A stretch of 64,000 nt of DNA, from assembly GCA_963767005.1 (NCBI GenBank), contig CAVYCN010000008.1, positions 1-64,000 on the forward strand, written 5' to 3'. Positions 39,715-49,963 of this stretch are shown here, piece by piece. The position numbers and the translations under genes were made by a program. Below the pieces are notes generated by a model. It did no database searches, was not told the origin of the DNA, and worked only from the letters and a program-made list of their open reading frames with translations. Position 1 is the first letter of the stretch; the number at the start of each line of letters is the position of its first letter. Source of the stretch: an uncultured Actinomycetes bacterium (GTDB taxonomy: Bacteria; Actinomycetota; Thermoleophilia; UBA2241).

Positions 39715-41279
39715 TGCGGCGCTCCGGTGTCCGACCCGGTGGGCTCGGTCGCCACGCCCGGACCGGCGGGGCGGTCGGCGGCGGACGCCGCCGGGGCGTT
39801 GCGCACGGCGTGCTGCTGCAGGGCGGTCAGGCTGGGTCGCACGGCGTTGAAGATCGGCTGGGGGTAGACGCCGAGCCAGAGCAGCGGCGTCGCCATGGCC
39901 GCCAGCATGACGCCCTCGGCCGGCGAGAGGTCCTTCATGACCACGGCCGGGGTCTCGCGCCCCTGGAAGACGCGCTGCACGATCCACAGCGAGTAGACGG
40001 TGGCGGCCACCAGGCCGACCGCGCCCAGCACGGTGGCCGGTTCGCTCACGCGCCAGGTGCCGAGGAGGATGAGGAACTCGGCCACGAAGTTGCCGAGGGT
40101 GGGCAGGCCGAGCGAGGCCAGGGCGAAGACGAGAGCCGCCGCGCCCATGCGCGGCGCGGTGATCCAGAGGCCGCCCATCTTCTCCATGTCGCGGGTGTGC
40201 AGGCGGTCCTGCATGAGGCCGACGATGGCAAACAGGGCGCCGGTCGAGAAGGCGTGGCAGACGATCTCGAGCACCGCGCCCTGCAGGGCGAGCGAGTTCC
40301 AGGCGAAGATCGCGAGCAGCACGAAGCCCATGTGACTGACGCTCGTGTAGGCGACCAGGCGCTTGAGGTCGCGCTGGGCGAAGGCGAGCACGGCGCCGTA
40401 GAGGATGCCGAGCACGGCGAGCGCCATGAACAGCGGCGCCAGGCGGAAGGCGGCGTGCGGGAACAGCGGCACCATGAAGCGGATCATCCCGTAGGCGCCG
40501 ATCTTGATGAGCAGCCCGGCGAGCACGAGGCTGCCGGCGGTCGGCGCCTGCGTATGGGCGTCGGGCAGCCAGGTGTGCAGCGGCACGGCCGGCAGCTTGA
40601 CGGCGAAGGCGGCGAAGAAACCGAGCAGCAGCCAGGTGGCGGTGGCCGTCGACAGGTGCGTGCCGAGCAGGCGCAGGTAATCGAAGGTGTAGACGCCCGT
40701 CTGGCGGCCGTGGATGACGTAGAGCGCGATGATCGCGACCAGCATGAGCAGGCCGCCGATCTGGGTGAACAGGAAGAACTTGATCGCCGCGTAGACGCGC
40801 CGCTCGTGGCCCCAGAGCGCGATCAGGAAGTACATCGGCACGAGCATCATCTCGAACAGGAAGTAGAAGAGGAACAGGTCGAGGGCGGTGAACACGCCGA
40901 CCAGGGCGGCGATCGTCCAGAGCAGCATGAAGTGGAAGAAGCCGACGCGCTCGGTGACCTCGTGCCACGACGACAGCACGGCCAGCAGGCCCAGCGCGTA
41001 GCAGAGCGTGACGAGCAGCAGGCTGAGGCCGTCGGCCGCCAGGAAGAAGCTGATGCCGAGCTGCGGCACCCAGCTCGCGTGCACGCTGACCACGAAGGGG
41101 CCGTGCGCGGCGATGCTCAGGGCGTGGCCTTTCAGCGCCCACTCGACGACCGTGGCGACCAGGCCGGCGCCCATGGCGAGCGCCGACACCCAGCGGGCGA
41201 CGTCGGGGCGCCGGCGGCCGGCGATCCAGGCGACGACGCCGGCGACGAAGGGCCAGGCGAGCAGCGCGACGAGGATCAT
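39711..41279 (-). CDS. nuoM: NADH-quinone oxidoreductase subunit M
   Basis: DGLS, FEMMLVPMY, KLP.VPLHTWLPDAH.QAPT.GS, AYTSVSHMG. Confidence 0.96.
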   Translation of the reverse strand: MILVALLAWPFVAGVVAWIAGRRRPDVARWVSALAMGAGLVATVVEWALKGHALSIAAHGPFVVSVHASWVPQLGISFFLAADGLSLLLVTLCYALGLLAVLSSWHEVTERVGFFHFMLLWTIAALVGVFTALDLFLFYFLFEMMLVPMYFLIALWGHERRVYAAIKFFLFTQIGGLLMLVAIIALYVIHGRQTGVYTFDYLRLLGTHLSTATATWLLLGFFAAFAVKLPAVPLHTWLPDAHTQAPTAGSLVLAGLLIKIGAYGMIRFMVPLFPHAAFRLAPLFMALAVLGILYGAVLAFAQRDLKRLVAYTSVSHMGFVLLAIFAWNSLALQGAVLEIVCHAFSTGALFAIVGLMQDRLHTRDMEKMGGLWITAPRMGAAALVFALASLGLPTLGNFVAEFLILLGTWRVSEPATVLGAVGLVAATVYSLWIVQRVFQGRETPAVVMKDLSPAEGVMLAAMATPLLWLGVYPQPIFNAVRPSLTALQQHAVRNAPAASAADRPAGPGVATEPTGSDTGAPQ

Positions 41280-41353
41280 GGCGTCACCTCGCGGCCGGCC
41301 GCACCGCGGGCGCCGGTGGCGATGTCGTCGAGGCGCTGACTCGCCCTGCTCAT
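41276..41353 (-). CDS. 25-aa mini-ORF bridging nuoL stop and nuoM start
   Basis: ATGA overlap at both ends; MSRASQRLDDIATGARGAAGREVTP. Confidence 0.35.
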   Translation of the reverse strand: MSRASQRLDDIATGARGAAGREVTP

Positions 41354-43236
41354 CGCAGCACCACGAACAGGACGCCTACGGCGACGCCCAGGCCGACGAC
41401 GAACACGTAGGAGCGCACGAGACCGTTCTGCGTGGCCGACAGGCCGCGCCAGCCGGCCCGGGTGAGGCGCGCGAGGGCGGCCACGGGCGGGTCGAAGAGG
41501 TCGCCCCTGCTCACGCGCGCGAACCACAGGAAGGGCACCTCGAACGCGTAACGGTAGAGGGTGTCGAAGCCCCAGCCGGCCAGGAAGAAGCGCGCGGCAA
41601 ACGACGTCTCGGCCTCGGCGCGCTCCTGGCGGCGGCGCTCGTAGAGCAGCCAGCCGAGGCCGATGCCGGCGACGGCGATCACACCGGGCAGGTACACCGT
41701 CCAGGCGTCGGCGGCCAGGCCGGCGTGGCGCAGCGCCGCCTCGGGCAGCACCGGCGCGAGGAACTTGTCGAGCGCCTGGATGTGCGCCCAACCGCGCGGG
41801 ACGTCGATCAGGCCGGCGACCACGGAACCCACGGCGAGCACATACAGCGGCAGCCTGATCGCGAGGCCGGTGCGAAAGCCGGGCCGCGGCTCGGTGCGCA
41901 CGGGGCCGAAGAACACCGTAAAGACGGCGCGGAACGAGTAGAGGCCGGTGAGCAGGGAGCCGACCAGGCCGCCTGCCCACAGCCAGGCGCTGCCCTGCGT
42001 GGACTGCAGGGCGCGGTCGATGATGAGGTCCTTGCTGTAGAAGCCGGCGGTCACGATCGGCAGGGCCGACAGGGCGGCGGCGCCGATCAGGAAGGTCCAG
42101 AAGGCCAGGGGCAGCCGCGTGCGCAGGCCGCCCATCCTGAAGATCTCGTGCTCGTCGTCCATGGCGTCGATCACGACGCCGGCCGACAGGAACAGCAGCG
42201 CCTTGAAGAAGGCGTGGGTGATGAACATGAACACGCCGGCCGACCAGGCGCCGACACCCAGGGCGAGGAACATGTAGCCCACCTGGCTGACCGTCGAGTA
42301 GGCAAGGATGCGCTTGAGGTCGACCTGGAACAGGGCGCTCACACCCGCGTAGAGCAGGGTCGCCGCGCCGATCACGGCGACCGTGGTGCGGGCCGCCGGC
42401 GCGAGGTCGAAGAGCAGGTTGGTACGAGCCACGAGGTAGACGCCCGCGGTGACCATGGTCGCGGCGTGGATGAGGGCGCTGACGGGCGACGGGCCGGCCA
42501 TGGCGTCGGGCAGCCAGGTCTGCAGAGGAAGCTGCGCCGACTTGCCGACCGCGCCGCCCAGCAGCAGCAGGGCGGCGGCGACCGGCAGGGCGGAACCGTG
42601 CGCCCAGGTGGCCGCCGCGCGATGCATGAGCGGCTGGATCTGCAGCGTGCCGAGCTGCGTGTACAGCAGGAACAGCCCGACGATCAGCGCGGTATCGCCG
42701 ACACGGGTGACGACGAACGCCTTGCGGGCCGCGTAGCCGTTGTACCAGTGCTTGTACCAGAAGCCGATCAGCAGGTAGCTGCACAGGCCGACGCCCTCCC
42801 AGCCCAGGTAGAGCAGCAGCAGGTTGTCGGCCAGCACGAGCACGAGCATGAAGCCCACGAAGAGGTTCATGTAGGTAAAGAAGCGGGCGTAGCCGTCGTC
42901 CGCGGCCATGTGCTCCACCGAGTAGAGGTGGATGAGGAAGCCCACGCAGGTGACGATCAGGATGAAGCAGATCGCGAGCGGATCGAGGTAGAGGGCGACC
43001 TGCACCTTGAGGCCGGCCACGCTGAACCAGGTCCACAGGGCCTGGTCGAAGGCGTGGCCGGCCGGCGGCGCGGCGATGAAGTCGAGCGAGACGGCGAGCG
43101 CGACGAGCGCCGCGAGGCCGACCGAGCCGGCGCCCACCAGGGCCACGCCGCGCTGCGGCAGGCGGCGCCCGCCGAGGGCCAGCACGGCGAAGCCGGCGAA
43201 GGGCAGCAGAGGCACGAGGAAGAGGGCGTGCAGCAT
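41350..43236 (-). CDS. nuoL: NADH-quinone oxidoreductase subunit L
   Basis: GWEGVGLCSYLLIGFW, GKSAQLPL.TWLPDAMAGP.PVSALIHAATMV, THAFFKALLFL. Confidence 0.97.
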   Translation of the reverse strand: MLHALFLVPLLPFAGFAVLALGGRRLPQRGVALVGAGSVGLAALVALAVSLDFIAAPPAGHAFDQALWTWFSVAGLKVQVALYLDPLAICFILIVTCVGFLIHLYSVEHMAADDGYARFFTYMNLFVGFMLVLVLADNLLLLYLGWEGVGLCSYLLIGFWYKHWYNGYAARKAFVVTRVGDTALIVGLFLLYTQLGTLQIQPLMHRAAATWAHGSALPVAAALLLLGGAVGKSAQLPLQTWLPDAMAGPSPVSALIHAATMVTAGVYLVARTNLLFDLAPAARTTVAVIGAATLLYAGVSALFQVDLKRILAYSTVSQVGYMFLALGVGAWSAGVFMFITHAFFKALLFLSAGVVIDAMDDEHEIFRMGGLRTRLPLAFWTFLIGAAALSALPIVTAGFYSKDLIIDRALQSTQGSAWLWAGGLVGSLLTGLYSFRAVFTVFFGPVRTEPRPGFRTGLAIRLPLYVLAVGSVVAGLIDVPRGWAHIQALDKFLAPVLPEAALRHAGLAADAWTVYLPGVIAVAGIGLGWLLYERRRQERAEAETSFAARFFLAGWGFDTLYRYAFEVPFLWFARVSRGDLFDPPVAALARLTRAGWRGLSATQNGLVRSYVFVVGLGVAVGVLFVVLR

Positions 43237-43237
43237 G

Positions 43238-43546
43238 TCAGCCTCGCATCCTGTTCGCGGCGTCGATGTCGAGCGAGCCGAAGGCACGCCGGAACAGCAG
43301 CGCCAGCGCGAGGCCCACGGCCACCTCGGCGGCCGCCATGGCGAGGATGAAGATGAACATGACCTGGCCGTCGGGGCGGCCCCAGCGCGAGCCGGCCACG
43401 ACGAAGGCCAGGCCGGAGGCGTTCAGCATGATCTCGATCGAGGCCAGCACGAAGATCAGGTTGCGGCGCACGAGCACGCCGGTCAGGCCGACCAGGAACA
43501 GGGCGGCGGCCAGGTAGAGGCCGTACTGGAAGGGCACGTGGGCCAT
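43238..43546 (-). CDS. nuoK: NADH-quinone oxidoreductase subunit K
   Basis: [23 protein letters not shown]. Confidence 0.96.
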   Translation of the reverse strand: MAHVPFQYGLYLAAALFLVGLTGVLVRRNLIFVLASIEIMLNASGLAFVVAGSRWGRPDGQVMFIFILAMAAAEVAVGLALALLFRRAFGSLDIDAANRMRG

Positions 43547-44169
43547 CAGGCATCCCTCCCCACGGCCTGCCGCAGCGGCTCGCCGGGCCGCGGCGGTTCG
43601 CCGGGCCGCGGCGTTTCGCCCGGCCGCGGCGGCTCGACGAACTGCGCCTCGCCGCCGCGCACCCGCTCGAGCTCCGGCTCGCGCTGGCGCTGGCCGAGGT
43701 GACGAGCGCCGATCAGGGCGGCGAGCAGCAGCGTCGAGGCCAGCTCGACGCCGATCGCATAGGGCCCGTAGAGGGCGACGCCGACCGCGCGGGGCGGCAC
43801 CGCGTGCACGCCGGTGTGGGCCGCCGGACCGGTCGAGATCGCCAGGGCGAGCTCGACGAGCAGGGCGACGGACAGCAGGCCGGGGCCGAGGAACGAGATC
43901 GGCCGCAGGCGCGCGGGCTCGTCGCCCTCGGCCTGGCGACCGACGTTCAGGAGCATCACCGTGAACAGGAAGAGCACGATGATGGCGCCGGCGTAGATGA
44001 TCACCTCGAGGGCCGCGACGAACGGCGCGCCGAGGGTGTAGAAGACGACCGCCACGGCGAGCAGCGACACGACCAGATAGAGCAGCGCGTGGATCGTGTC
44101 GCGGCGCGTCACGACGAGCAGCGTCGAGACGAGCGCGACGGCGGCGGCCAGGTAGAAGACGACGGTCAC
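43546..44169 (-). CDS. nuoJ: NADH-quinone oxidoreductase subunit J
   Basis: [42 protein letters not shown]. Confidence 0.95.
   Translation of the reverse strand: MTVVFYLAAAVALVSTLLVVTRRDTIHALLYLVVSLLAVAVVFYTLGAPFVAALEVIIYAGAIIVLFLFTVMLLNVGRQAEGDEPARLRPISFLGPGLLSVALLVELALAISTGPAAHTGVHAVPPRAVGVALYGPYAIGVELASTLLLAALIGARHLGQRQREPELERVRGGEAQFVEPPRPGETPRPGEPPRPGEPLRQAVGRDA
43577..43636. repeat. In-frame 18-bp tandem repeat (~3.3 copies) in the nuoJ tail
   Basis: ggYtcgccgggccgcggc-like units encoding (P/T)PRPGE x3. Confidence 0.9.
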
Positions 44170-44186
44170 GGCTCGCGCGTCCTCAC
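44166..44186 (-). CDS. 6-aa mini-ORF bridging nuoI stop and nuoJ start
   Basis: GTG AGG ACG CGC GAG CCG TGA; GTGA overlap at both ends. Confidence 0.3.
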
Positions 44187-44695
44187 GGCAGCAGCCGCTT
44201 CGGATCGTACGGCGGGGCCTCGTGCTCGGCCTCGCCGGTCGCCTTGCCGCCGATGGCGAGGCCGGCGATCCGGTAGAAGTCGTAGTCGTGGTACTTGCCG
44301 GTGCCCGCGATCAGCAGGTCTTCCTTCTCGTAGACCATGTTGGCGCGCACGTACTCGCTCATCTCGAAGTCTGGGGTGAGCTGGATGGCGTAGGTCGGGC
44401 AGGCCTCCTCGCAGTAGCCGCAGAAGATGCAGCGCGAGAAGTTGATGCGAAACCACTCGGGGTAGCGCCGGCCGTGCTCGTCCTGCGTAGCCTGCAGCGC
44501 GATGCAGTCGACGGGGCAGGCCACGGCGCACAGGTAGCAGGCCACGCAGCGCTCGCCGCCGTCGGGGTCGCGCGACAGGATGATGCGCCCCTTGAAGCGC
44601 GGCGGGTGGTAAGCCATCTCCTTGGGGTACTCGACCGTGTCGCTGCGCCGGAACAGGTGCAAAAAGACGATCCACAGGCCGCGCAGCAGGCTCAT
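44183..44695 (-). CDS. nuoI: NADH-quinone oxidoreductase subunit I
   Basis: [14 protein letters not shown] and [15 protein letters not shown] (2x[4Fe-4S]); alternative GTG start at 44704. Confidence 0.97.
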   Translation of the reverse strand: MSLLRGLWIVFLHLFRRSDTVEYPKEMAYHPPRFKGRIILSRDPDGGERCVACYLCAVACPVDCIALQATQDEHGRRYPEWFRINFSRCIFCGYCEEACPTYAIQLTPDFEMSEYVRANMVYEKEDLLIAGTGKYHDYDFYRIAGLAIGGKATGEAEHEAPPYDPKRLLP

Positions 44696-44745
44696 CGCCG
44701 CCACCTCGTCTCTGCACGGCCGGCATGATCACACGCCGCCCTCAT
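44692..44745 (-). CDS. 17-aa mini-ORF bridging nuoH stop and nuoI start
   Basis: [17 protein letters not shown]; ATGA overlap at both ends. Confidence 0.3.
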   Translation of the reverse strand: MRAACDHAGRAETRWRR

Positions 44746-45761
44746 CTCTGCACCGCCAGCACGATCGCGCCGGTGACGGCGAGGTTGGCGAGCGAGATCG
44801 GCAGAAGGATCTTCCAGCCGAGCTCCATGAGCTGGTCGTAGCGCGGCCGCGGATAGGTGGCGCGCACGAGGATGAAGAAGGCGATGAAGGCGAACGTCTT
44901 GATCAGGAACCAGACGAAACCGGGCAGCACAGGCCCGAGCCAGCCGCCGAAGTAGAACGTCGCGATGAGCGCCGAGATGAGCGTGATCCCCATGTACTCG
45001 CCGACGAAGAACATGCCGAACTTCATGCCGGAGTACTCGGTGTGATAGCCGGCGACGAGCTCGCTCTCAGCCTCGACCAGGTCGAACGGGATGCGGCGCG
45101 TCTCGGCGAAGCCGGCCAGCAGGAACACGACGAAGCCGGGGAACTGGGGCACGATGTACCACAGGCCGCGCTGGCCCGCGACGATGTCGTTCAGGCTGAA
45201 CGAGCCGGCGAGCAGCACCACGCCGGTGAGCGCGAGACCCATGAAGACCTCGTAGCTGATCATCTGGGCGGCCGCTCGCAGGCCGCCGATCACCGAGTAC
45301 TTGCTGTGCGAGGCCCAGCCGGCCAGGGCCACCGAGTAGACGCCGAACGACGACATCGCCAGGAAGTAGAGCAGGCCGACGTTCATGTTCGCGACCACGA
45401 CGGTGTGGTTGACCGGCACGACGGCGAAGCCGAGCAGCACCGAGAGCACGATGATGGCCGGCGCGGCCACGAAGAGCGCGCGGTCGGCAAAGGGCGGGAC
45501 CCAGTCCTCCTTCGTGAAGATCTTGATCATGTCGGCGACCGGCTGCAGGAGCCCGGCCGGTCCTACCCGGTTGGGGCCCAGGCGGTCCTGGAACAGGCCC
45601 AGGAGGCGGCGCTCCATCCAGATGAGGAAGGCCGCGACGTTGAGCGCGCCGAGCAGCACGATGAGCACCACCACGACCTTCCAGAGGTCCTCGGCCCAGG
45701 CCGCGACGCCGAGCGGCGCGGCAGCGAGGACACGGGCGAGCGGCAAGGCGAGGTCAGGCAT
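44742..45761 (-). CDS. nuoH: NADH-quinone oxidoreductase subunit H
   Basis: ERRLLGLFQDR.GPNRVG, KEDW.P, AQ.ISYE, PFDL.EAE.EL..GYH.EYSGMKF, PRPRYDQ. Confidence 0.97.
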   Translation of the reverse strand: MPDLALPLARVLAAAPLGVAAWAEDLWKVVVVLIVLLGALNVAAFLIWMERRLLGLFQDRLGPNRVGPAGLLQPVADMIKIFTKEDWVPPFADRALFVAAPAIIVLSVLLGFAVVPVNHTVVVANMNVGLLYFLAMSSFGVYSVALAGWASHSKYSVIGGLRAAAQMISYEVFMGLALTGVVLLAGSFSLNDIVAGQRGLWYIVPQFPGFVVFLLAGFAETRRIPFDLVEAESELVAGYHTEYSGMKFGMFFVGEYMGITLISALIATFYFGGWLGPVLPGFVWFLIKTFAFIAFFILVRATYPRPRYDQLMELGWKILLPISLANLAVTGAIVLAVQR

Positions 45762-48573
45762 CGGCCGGCCCCCCGGGCTCGATGGCGACCTCGCCGGGCA
45801 GGTCGACGAAGGGCAGCCCCGGCAGGCCGACCGGCAGGCCGCACACGCCGGCCGGCAGCGACGGTACGACCCGCATCGGCAGGTGGAGGAGCCCACCAGC
45901 CGCGCCGTCGGGCGCCGGCTTCACCCGCACGCCGTCGCCGCGGCGCAGGCCGAGGCGCTCGGCGTCGAGCGCGCCGAGCGCCAGGTAGGGCGCCGGGGCC
46001 CGTCCCGCGATCGGCGGCGAGAGCACGCTGAGCTCCTCGCTGCCGTAGATCTCGTGCAACGGCACGGCGAGGAAGCGGTCGGCGGCCGCTGCGAAGCGCG
46101 CCGGGAGGGCGGGCGTCGGCGCCGCCTGCGGCGTCGCCGGCGGCTCGACCAGGCGCGCGCCGGGGTCGCCGCCGCGCAGCGGCCCGGCGACCTCTTCCTG
46201 GAACTTGTTGAGCGCCTGCACAGAGTTCCAGCGCGGTACCCGGTAGCGGGCAAGGAGCGCTCCCGGCGCCTCGCCGCCGTAGCCCTCCATGCTGAAGGCA
46301 AGGGGCGCGTCGCGGTCGTCGGGCGGCGGCGGCTCGTGCACGGTCCGGTCGGCGACGATCGCCGTACGGCCGCTGAACCGCGACGCCGCGCGCGGCACCT
46401 TCATGCCGGCGAAGCGCGCGCCGGCGGGCGGCGCCGCGAGCGCGGCCGGCGCGAGGTCGGGACGCTCGCGGGCGAGCTCGTCGAGCACGTCGTCGACCGC
46501 GTACCAGCGCTGGCCCACCGGCAGGCGGGCGGCGGCGGCGAGGCTCGACAGCCAGCGCCAGGTGGGCTGCACGGCACGCTCCGACTCCATCACCTGGAAC
46601 GAGCGCTGGGCGCGGCCCTCGAAGCCGACCCACGTCCCGGTCGACTCGGCCCACGACGCCGCCGGCATGACGGCCGTCGCGCGCGCTGTGGTCGGCGTCG
46701 TCACGTGGTCGAAGACGAGCACGGTGGGGCAGTGCTCGAAGAAGGCGTCGACCCGGGCCGCGGGCGCGCGCCGGTAGAGGTCGTTCTCGACGACCAGGGC
46801 GACCTCGACGTCGTCGGCGGCGGCCAGGTCGAACGCCTCGCTCAGGCGGCGGCCGCCGAGCAGGGCGAGGCCGAGGGTGTTGGCCTCGGGCAGCACCAGG
46901 GCGAGCGGGCAGCCGGCGCCGCGCGGCACGGCGCCCGCGACGTCGTCGCCGGCGCGCCAGGCGGGCAGCACGTGGGCCAGCCGGGCGGCGGCCTCGAGCA
47001 ACTCGAGGCTGCCGGCGCTCACGCCCGACACCACGAGCGGCCGGCCGGCACCGCGCAGCGCCGCGGCGAACCGCTCGACGGCGGCGCGCTCGGCGTCGTC
47101 GGCGGGCTTCACGGCCGGCGCGGCGCTCCGGCCGCCGACGGCCCGGGCGAGGGCCAGGGCGAAGCGGGCGAGGTCGGCCGGCGCCGCGTGCCAGGTCGCC
47201 TCGGCTACCTCGTCGAGCTTGCCGGCGTGCGTGTCGGCGATCCAGAGGGCGCTCGGCTCCTCCTTCTTGACCATGCCGAGACCGGCGTCGTTCCAGCGGG
47301 CGATGCCGAGGCGTTCCTCGGCCTGCGTCGGCCGCAGGCGGTTCCAGCGCCGCAGCGAGAGGGCGAGCAGCGGGCCGGTGTTGGTGAGGTCCTCGCCGAG
47401 CACGAGCACGAGGTCGGCCGCGTCGAGGTCGCGCAGGGTCGGCGTCGGCGAGGGACCCGTGGTCAGGATCTCGAGGGCGCGCTCGACCAAGGTGTGCTCG
47501 CGATCGGCGAGACCCAGGAAGAAGCGCTCGTCGCCGACCAGGCGCTTGAGGGCGAAGTTGGCCTCGAGCGACGCGCGCGGCGAGCCGATGCCGACCGGGC
47601 GCGGCCGCGCGAGGCGCGGCCGCGCCCCCACCGCCGCGCGCCGGTCGCGCGTGGCCGACTCGAGGCGCGCGCCCATGCCGCGCACAAGCTCACCGGCCGA
47701 CAGACCGCCGATGCCGACGATCGCCTGGCGCACGCGCCGCTCGCCGTTCACCGACTGATACGCGTAGCGACCGCGGTCGCACAGGAAGTAGCCGTTGACG
47801 TCGCCGTTGTACCGGTTGAGCACGCGGCGCAGCTCGCCGTAGCGCTGGCCCGGGATGGTGTTGCAGCCGCGTCCGCAGAAGACGCACACGGCGGGTGCGG
47901 TCTCCAGGTCCCATTTGCGCGTGTAGTGCGCCGCCAGGGTCTTGTCGTCGAAGACGCCGACGGGGCAGACCTCGACGAGGTTGCCGCTGAACTCGCTGTC
48001 GAGTGCCCCGTCGGTGAGGCGTCCGAAGTAGACGTCGTTGCGCAGCCCGAAGACGCCGAAGTCGCGGCCGCCGGCGTAGTCGTTGTAGAACCGCGTGCAG
48101 CGGTAGCACTGGATGCAGCGGTTCATCTCGTGGGTCACGAAGGGCCCCAGGTCGTGGTTCTCCCAGGTGCGCTTGCGGTAGGGGTAGCGGCGGTAGACGT
48201 GGCCGGTCATCACCGTCATGTCCTGCAGGTGGCACTCGCCGCCCTCGTCGCAGACCGGGCAGTCGTGAGGGTGGCTCGTCATGAGCAGCTCGATGACGCG
48301 GGCGCGGAAGCGCACGGCCTCGTCGTCGGTGATCGCCACGCGGTTGCCGGCGCGGGGCCGCGTCAGGCAGGCCATGACGATCTCGCCGTCGTGGTCGTCG
48401 TCGTCCCAGTACAGCTTGACGGCGCACTGGCGGCAGGCGCCGATCGAGCCCATCGCCGGATGCCAGCAGAAGTAGGGCAGGTCGTAGCCGAGCGACAGGC
48501 AGATGTCGAGCAGGTTGCGGCCGTCGTCGACCTCGTAGGACGTGCCCTCGATCGTGATCGCCACGCGCGCCAC
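45754..48573 (-). CDS. nuoG: NADH-quinone oxidoreductase subunit G (long E. coli type with N7 cluster motif)
   Basis: YFCWHP...GACRQC, HPHDCPVCDEGG.C, RCIQCYRC, CVFCGRGCN...FLCDRGR. Confidence 0.96.
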   Translation of the reverse strand: MARVAITIEGTSYEVDDGRNLLDICLSLGYDLPYFCWHPAMGSIGACRQCAVKLYWDDDDHDGEIVMACLTRPRAGNRVAITDDEAVRFRARVIELLMTSHPHDCPVCDEGGECHLQDMTVMTGHVYRRYPYRKRTWENHDLGPFVTHEMNRCIQCYRCTRFYNDYAGGRDFGVFGLRNDVYFGRLTDGALDSEFSGNLVEVCPVGVFDDKTLAAHYTRKWDLETAPAVCVFCGRGCNTIPGQRYGELRRVLNRYNGDVNGYFLCDRGRYAYQSVNGERRVRQAIVGIGGLSAGELVRGMGARLESATRDRRAAVGARPRLARPRPVGIGSPRASLEANFALKRLVGDERFFLGLADREHTLVERALEILTTGPSPTPTLRDLDAADLVLVLGEDLTNTGPLLALSLRRWNRLRPTQAEERLGIARWNDAGLGMVKKEEPSALWIADTHAGKLDEVAEATWHAAPADLARFALALARAVGGRSAAPAVKPADDAERAAVERFAAALRGAGRPLVVSGVSAGSLELLEAAARLAHVLPAWRAGDDVAGAVPRGAGCPLALVLPEANTLGLALLGGRRLSEAFDLAAADDVEVALVVENDLYRRAPAARVDAFFEHCPTVLVFDHVTTPTTARATAVMPAASWAESTGTWVGFEGRAQRSFQVMESERAVQPTWRWLSSLAAAARLPVGQRWYAVDDVLDELARERPDLAPAALAAPPAGARFAGMKVPRAASRFSGRTAIVADRTVHEPPPPDDRDAPLAFSMEGYGGEAPGALLARYRVPRWNSVQALNKFQEEVAGPLRGGDPGARLVEPPATPQAAPTPALPARFAAAADRFLAVPLHEIYGSEELSVLSPPIAGRAPAPYLALGALDAERLGLRRGDGVRVKPAPDGAAGGLLHLPMRVVPSLPAGVCGLPVGLPGLPFVDLPGEVAIEPGGPADA

Positions 48574-48574
48574 G

Positions 48575-49963
48575 TCAGGCCCCCCCGCCGGGAGCCGGGC
48601 CGCCGGCGCCGGGTCGTGCCGTGCCGCCGCGGGGATAGGCGCCGGTCCGGCCGCCATCGCGATAGCGGCAGCGGCCCTCCTCGATGTGCTGCGCGAAGTC
48701 GTCATGGAACAGCTTCATCGCCGTCGAGAGCGGCTTGGTGGCGCTCGGCGCGAGATCGCAGAAGCACATCTGCTCGCCCATGAACCAGCACATCTCGCGG
48801 AGCAGCTCGAGCTGCTCGGGGCGACCGCGGCCCTCCTCGATGTCGGTCAGCACGTCGACCGCCCACGGCAGCCCCGCCCAGCAGGGCGTGCACCAGCCGC
48901 ACGACTCCTGGGCGAAGAAGCGCAGCAGGTTGAGGGTGAGGCCGACCGGGCAGACCGAGTCGTCGACGAGCAGCGCGGTCGCGGTGCCGAGGCCGTAGCC
49001 GGCCTGCTTCATGTGGTCGAAGTCCATGGGCACGTCGAGGCCGTCGGCGGGGATGAAGGGCGTCGAGGCGCCGCCCGGCAGCACGGCGCGCAGGGTGTAG
49101 CCGTCGCGCATGCCGCCGGCCTGTCCCTCGATCATCTCGCGCAGGGGTGTGCCCACGGGCAGCTCCCAGGCGCCGGTGCGCCGCGCCCGGCCGGACACGC
49201 CGCAGACGCGCGTGCCGCCCTCGTCGGTCAGGCCGAGGGCGCGCCAGCGCTCGACCCCGAGGCGCAGGATGCCGGGCACGCAGCACAGCGACTCCACGTT
49301 GTTGATCACGGTCGGCCGGCTCCACAGCCCGGCGCTTGCCATGTGCGGCGGCCGCCAGCGCGGGTTGGGACGGTCGCTCTGCAGCGCGTTCAGCATGGCG
49401 GAGGCCTCGCCGCACATGTAACGCCCGATGCTCACGTGCACGTGCAGGTCGACGCTGAAGTCGGAGCCCAGGACGCGCTCGCCGAGGAAGCCGCGCTGGT
49501 GGGCCGCGGCGATCGCAGCCTCGAGCAGGGCGCGCGGCACGTCGTACTGGTCGCGCAAGAAGATGAAGCCGACCTTGGCGCCGATCGCGTAACAGGCGAG
49601 CGCCATGCCTTCGACCAGGAGGTGCGGGTCGCCCTGGATCAGGTGGCGGTCCTTGAACGAGCCGGGCTCCATCTCGTCGCCGTTGCAGACCACGTACTTG
49701 ACCGGCGGAGCGTCGGCGCCCATCGGCACGAAGCTCCATTTGCGGCCGGTGGCGTAGCCCGCGCCGCCGCGCCCGCGCAGGCCCGAGTCGCTCACCACCT
49801 GCGTGACCTCGGCCGGCGCCATGTCGCGCAGCGCGGTGCGCAGCGCCTCGTAGCCGCCGGCCGCGATGTACTCGTCGATGTCGAGCGGGCGGCCGTCGGC
49901 GCGGAAGGCGCCGGTGAGCGGACGCTCGTTCGGGTCGCCGATGCGGGCCGGGTCGTCACTCAT
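48575..49963 (-). CDS. nuoF: NAD(P)H-quinone oxidoreductase subunit F
   Basis: GRGGAG..TG.KW, CNGDEMEPG.FKDR, YMCGEASA, NNVE, ESCGWCTPC...FC. Confidence 0.96.
   Translation of the reverse strand: MSDDPARIGDPNERPLTGAFRADGRPLDIDEYIAAGGYEALRTALRDMAPAEVTQVVSDSGLRGRGGAGYATGRKWSFVPMGADAPPVKYVVCNGDEMEPGSFKDRHLIQGDPHLLVEGMALACYAIGAKVGFIFLRDQYDVPRALLEAAIAAAHQRGFLGERVLGSDFSVDLHVHVSIGRYMCGEASAMLNALQSDRPNPRWRPPHMASAGLWSRPTVINNVESLCCVPGILRLGVERWRALGLTDEGGTRVCGVSGRARRTGAWELPVGTPLREMIEGQAGGMRDGYTLRAVLPGGASTPFIPADGLDVPMDFDHMKQAGYGLGTATALLVDDSVCPVGLTLNLLRFFAQESCGWCTPCWAGLPWAVDVLTDIEEGRGRPEQLELLREMCWFMGEQMCFCDLAPSATKPLSTAMKLFHDDFAQHIEEGRCRYRDGGRTGAYPRGGTARPGAGGPAPGGGA

Noticed and set aside
44692-44745. CDHA in the nuoH-I mini-ORF (and in NuoE) matching the motif of the 9051 protein
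   Set aside because: A four-residue match is within chance, and in NuoE it is part of the ordinary FeS-ligand loop.
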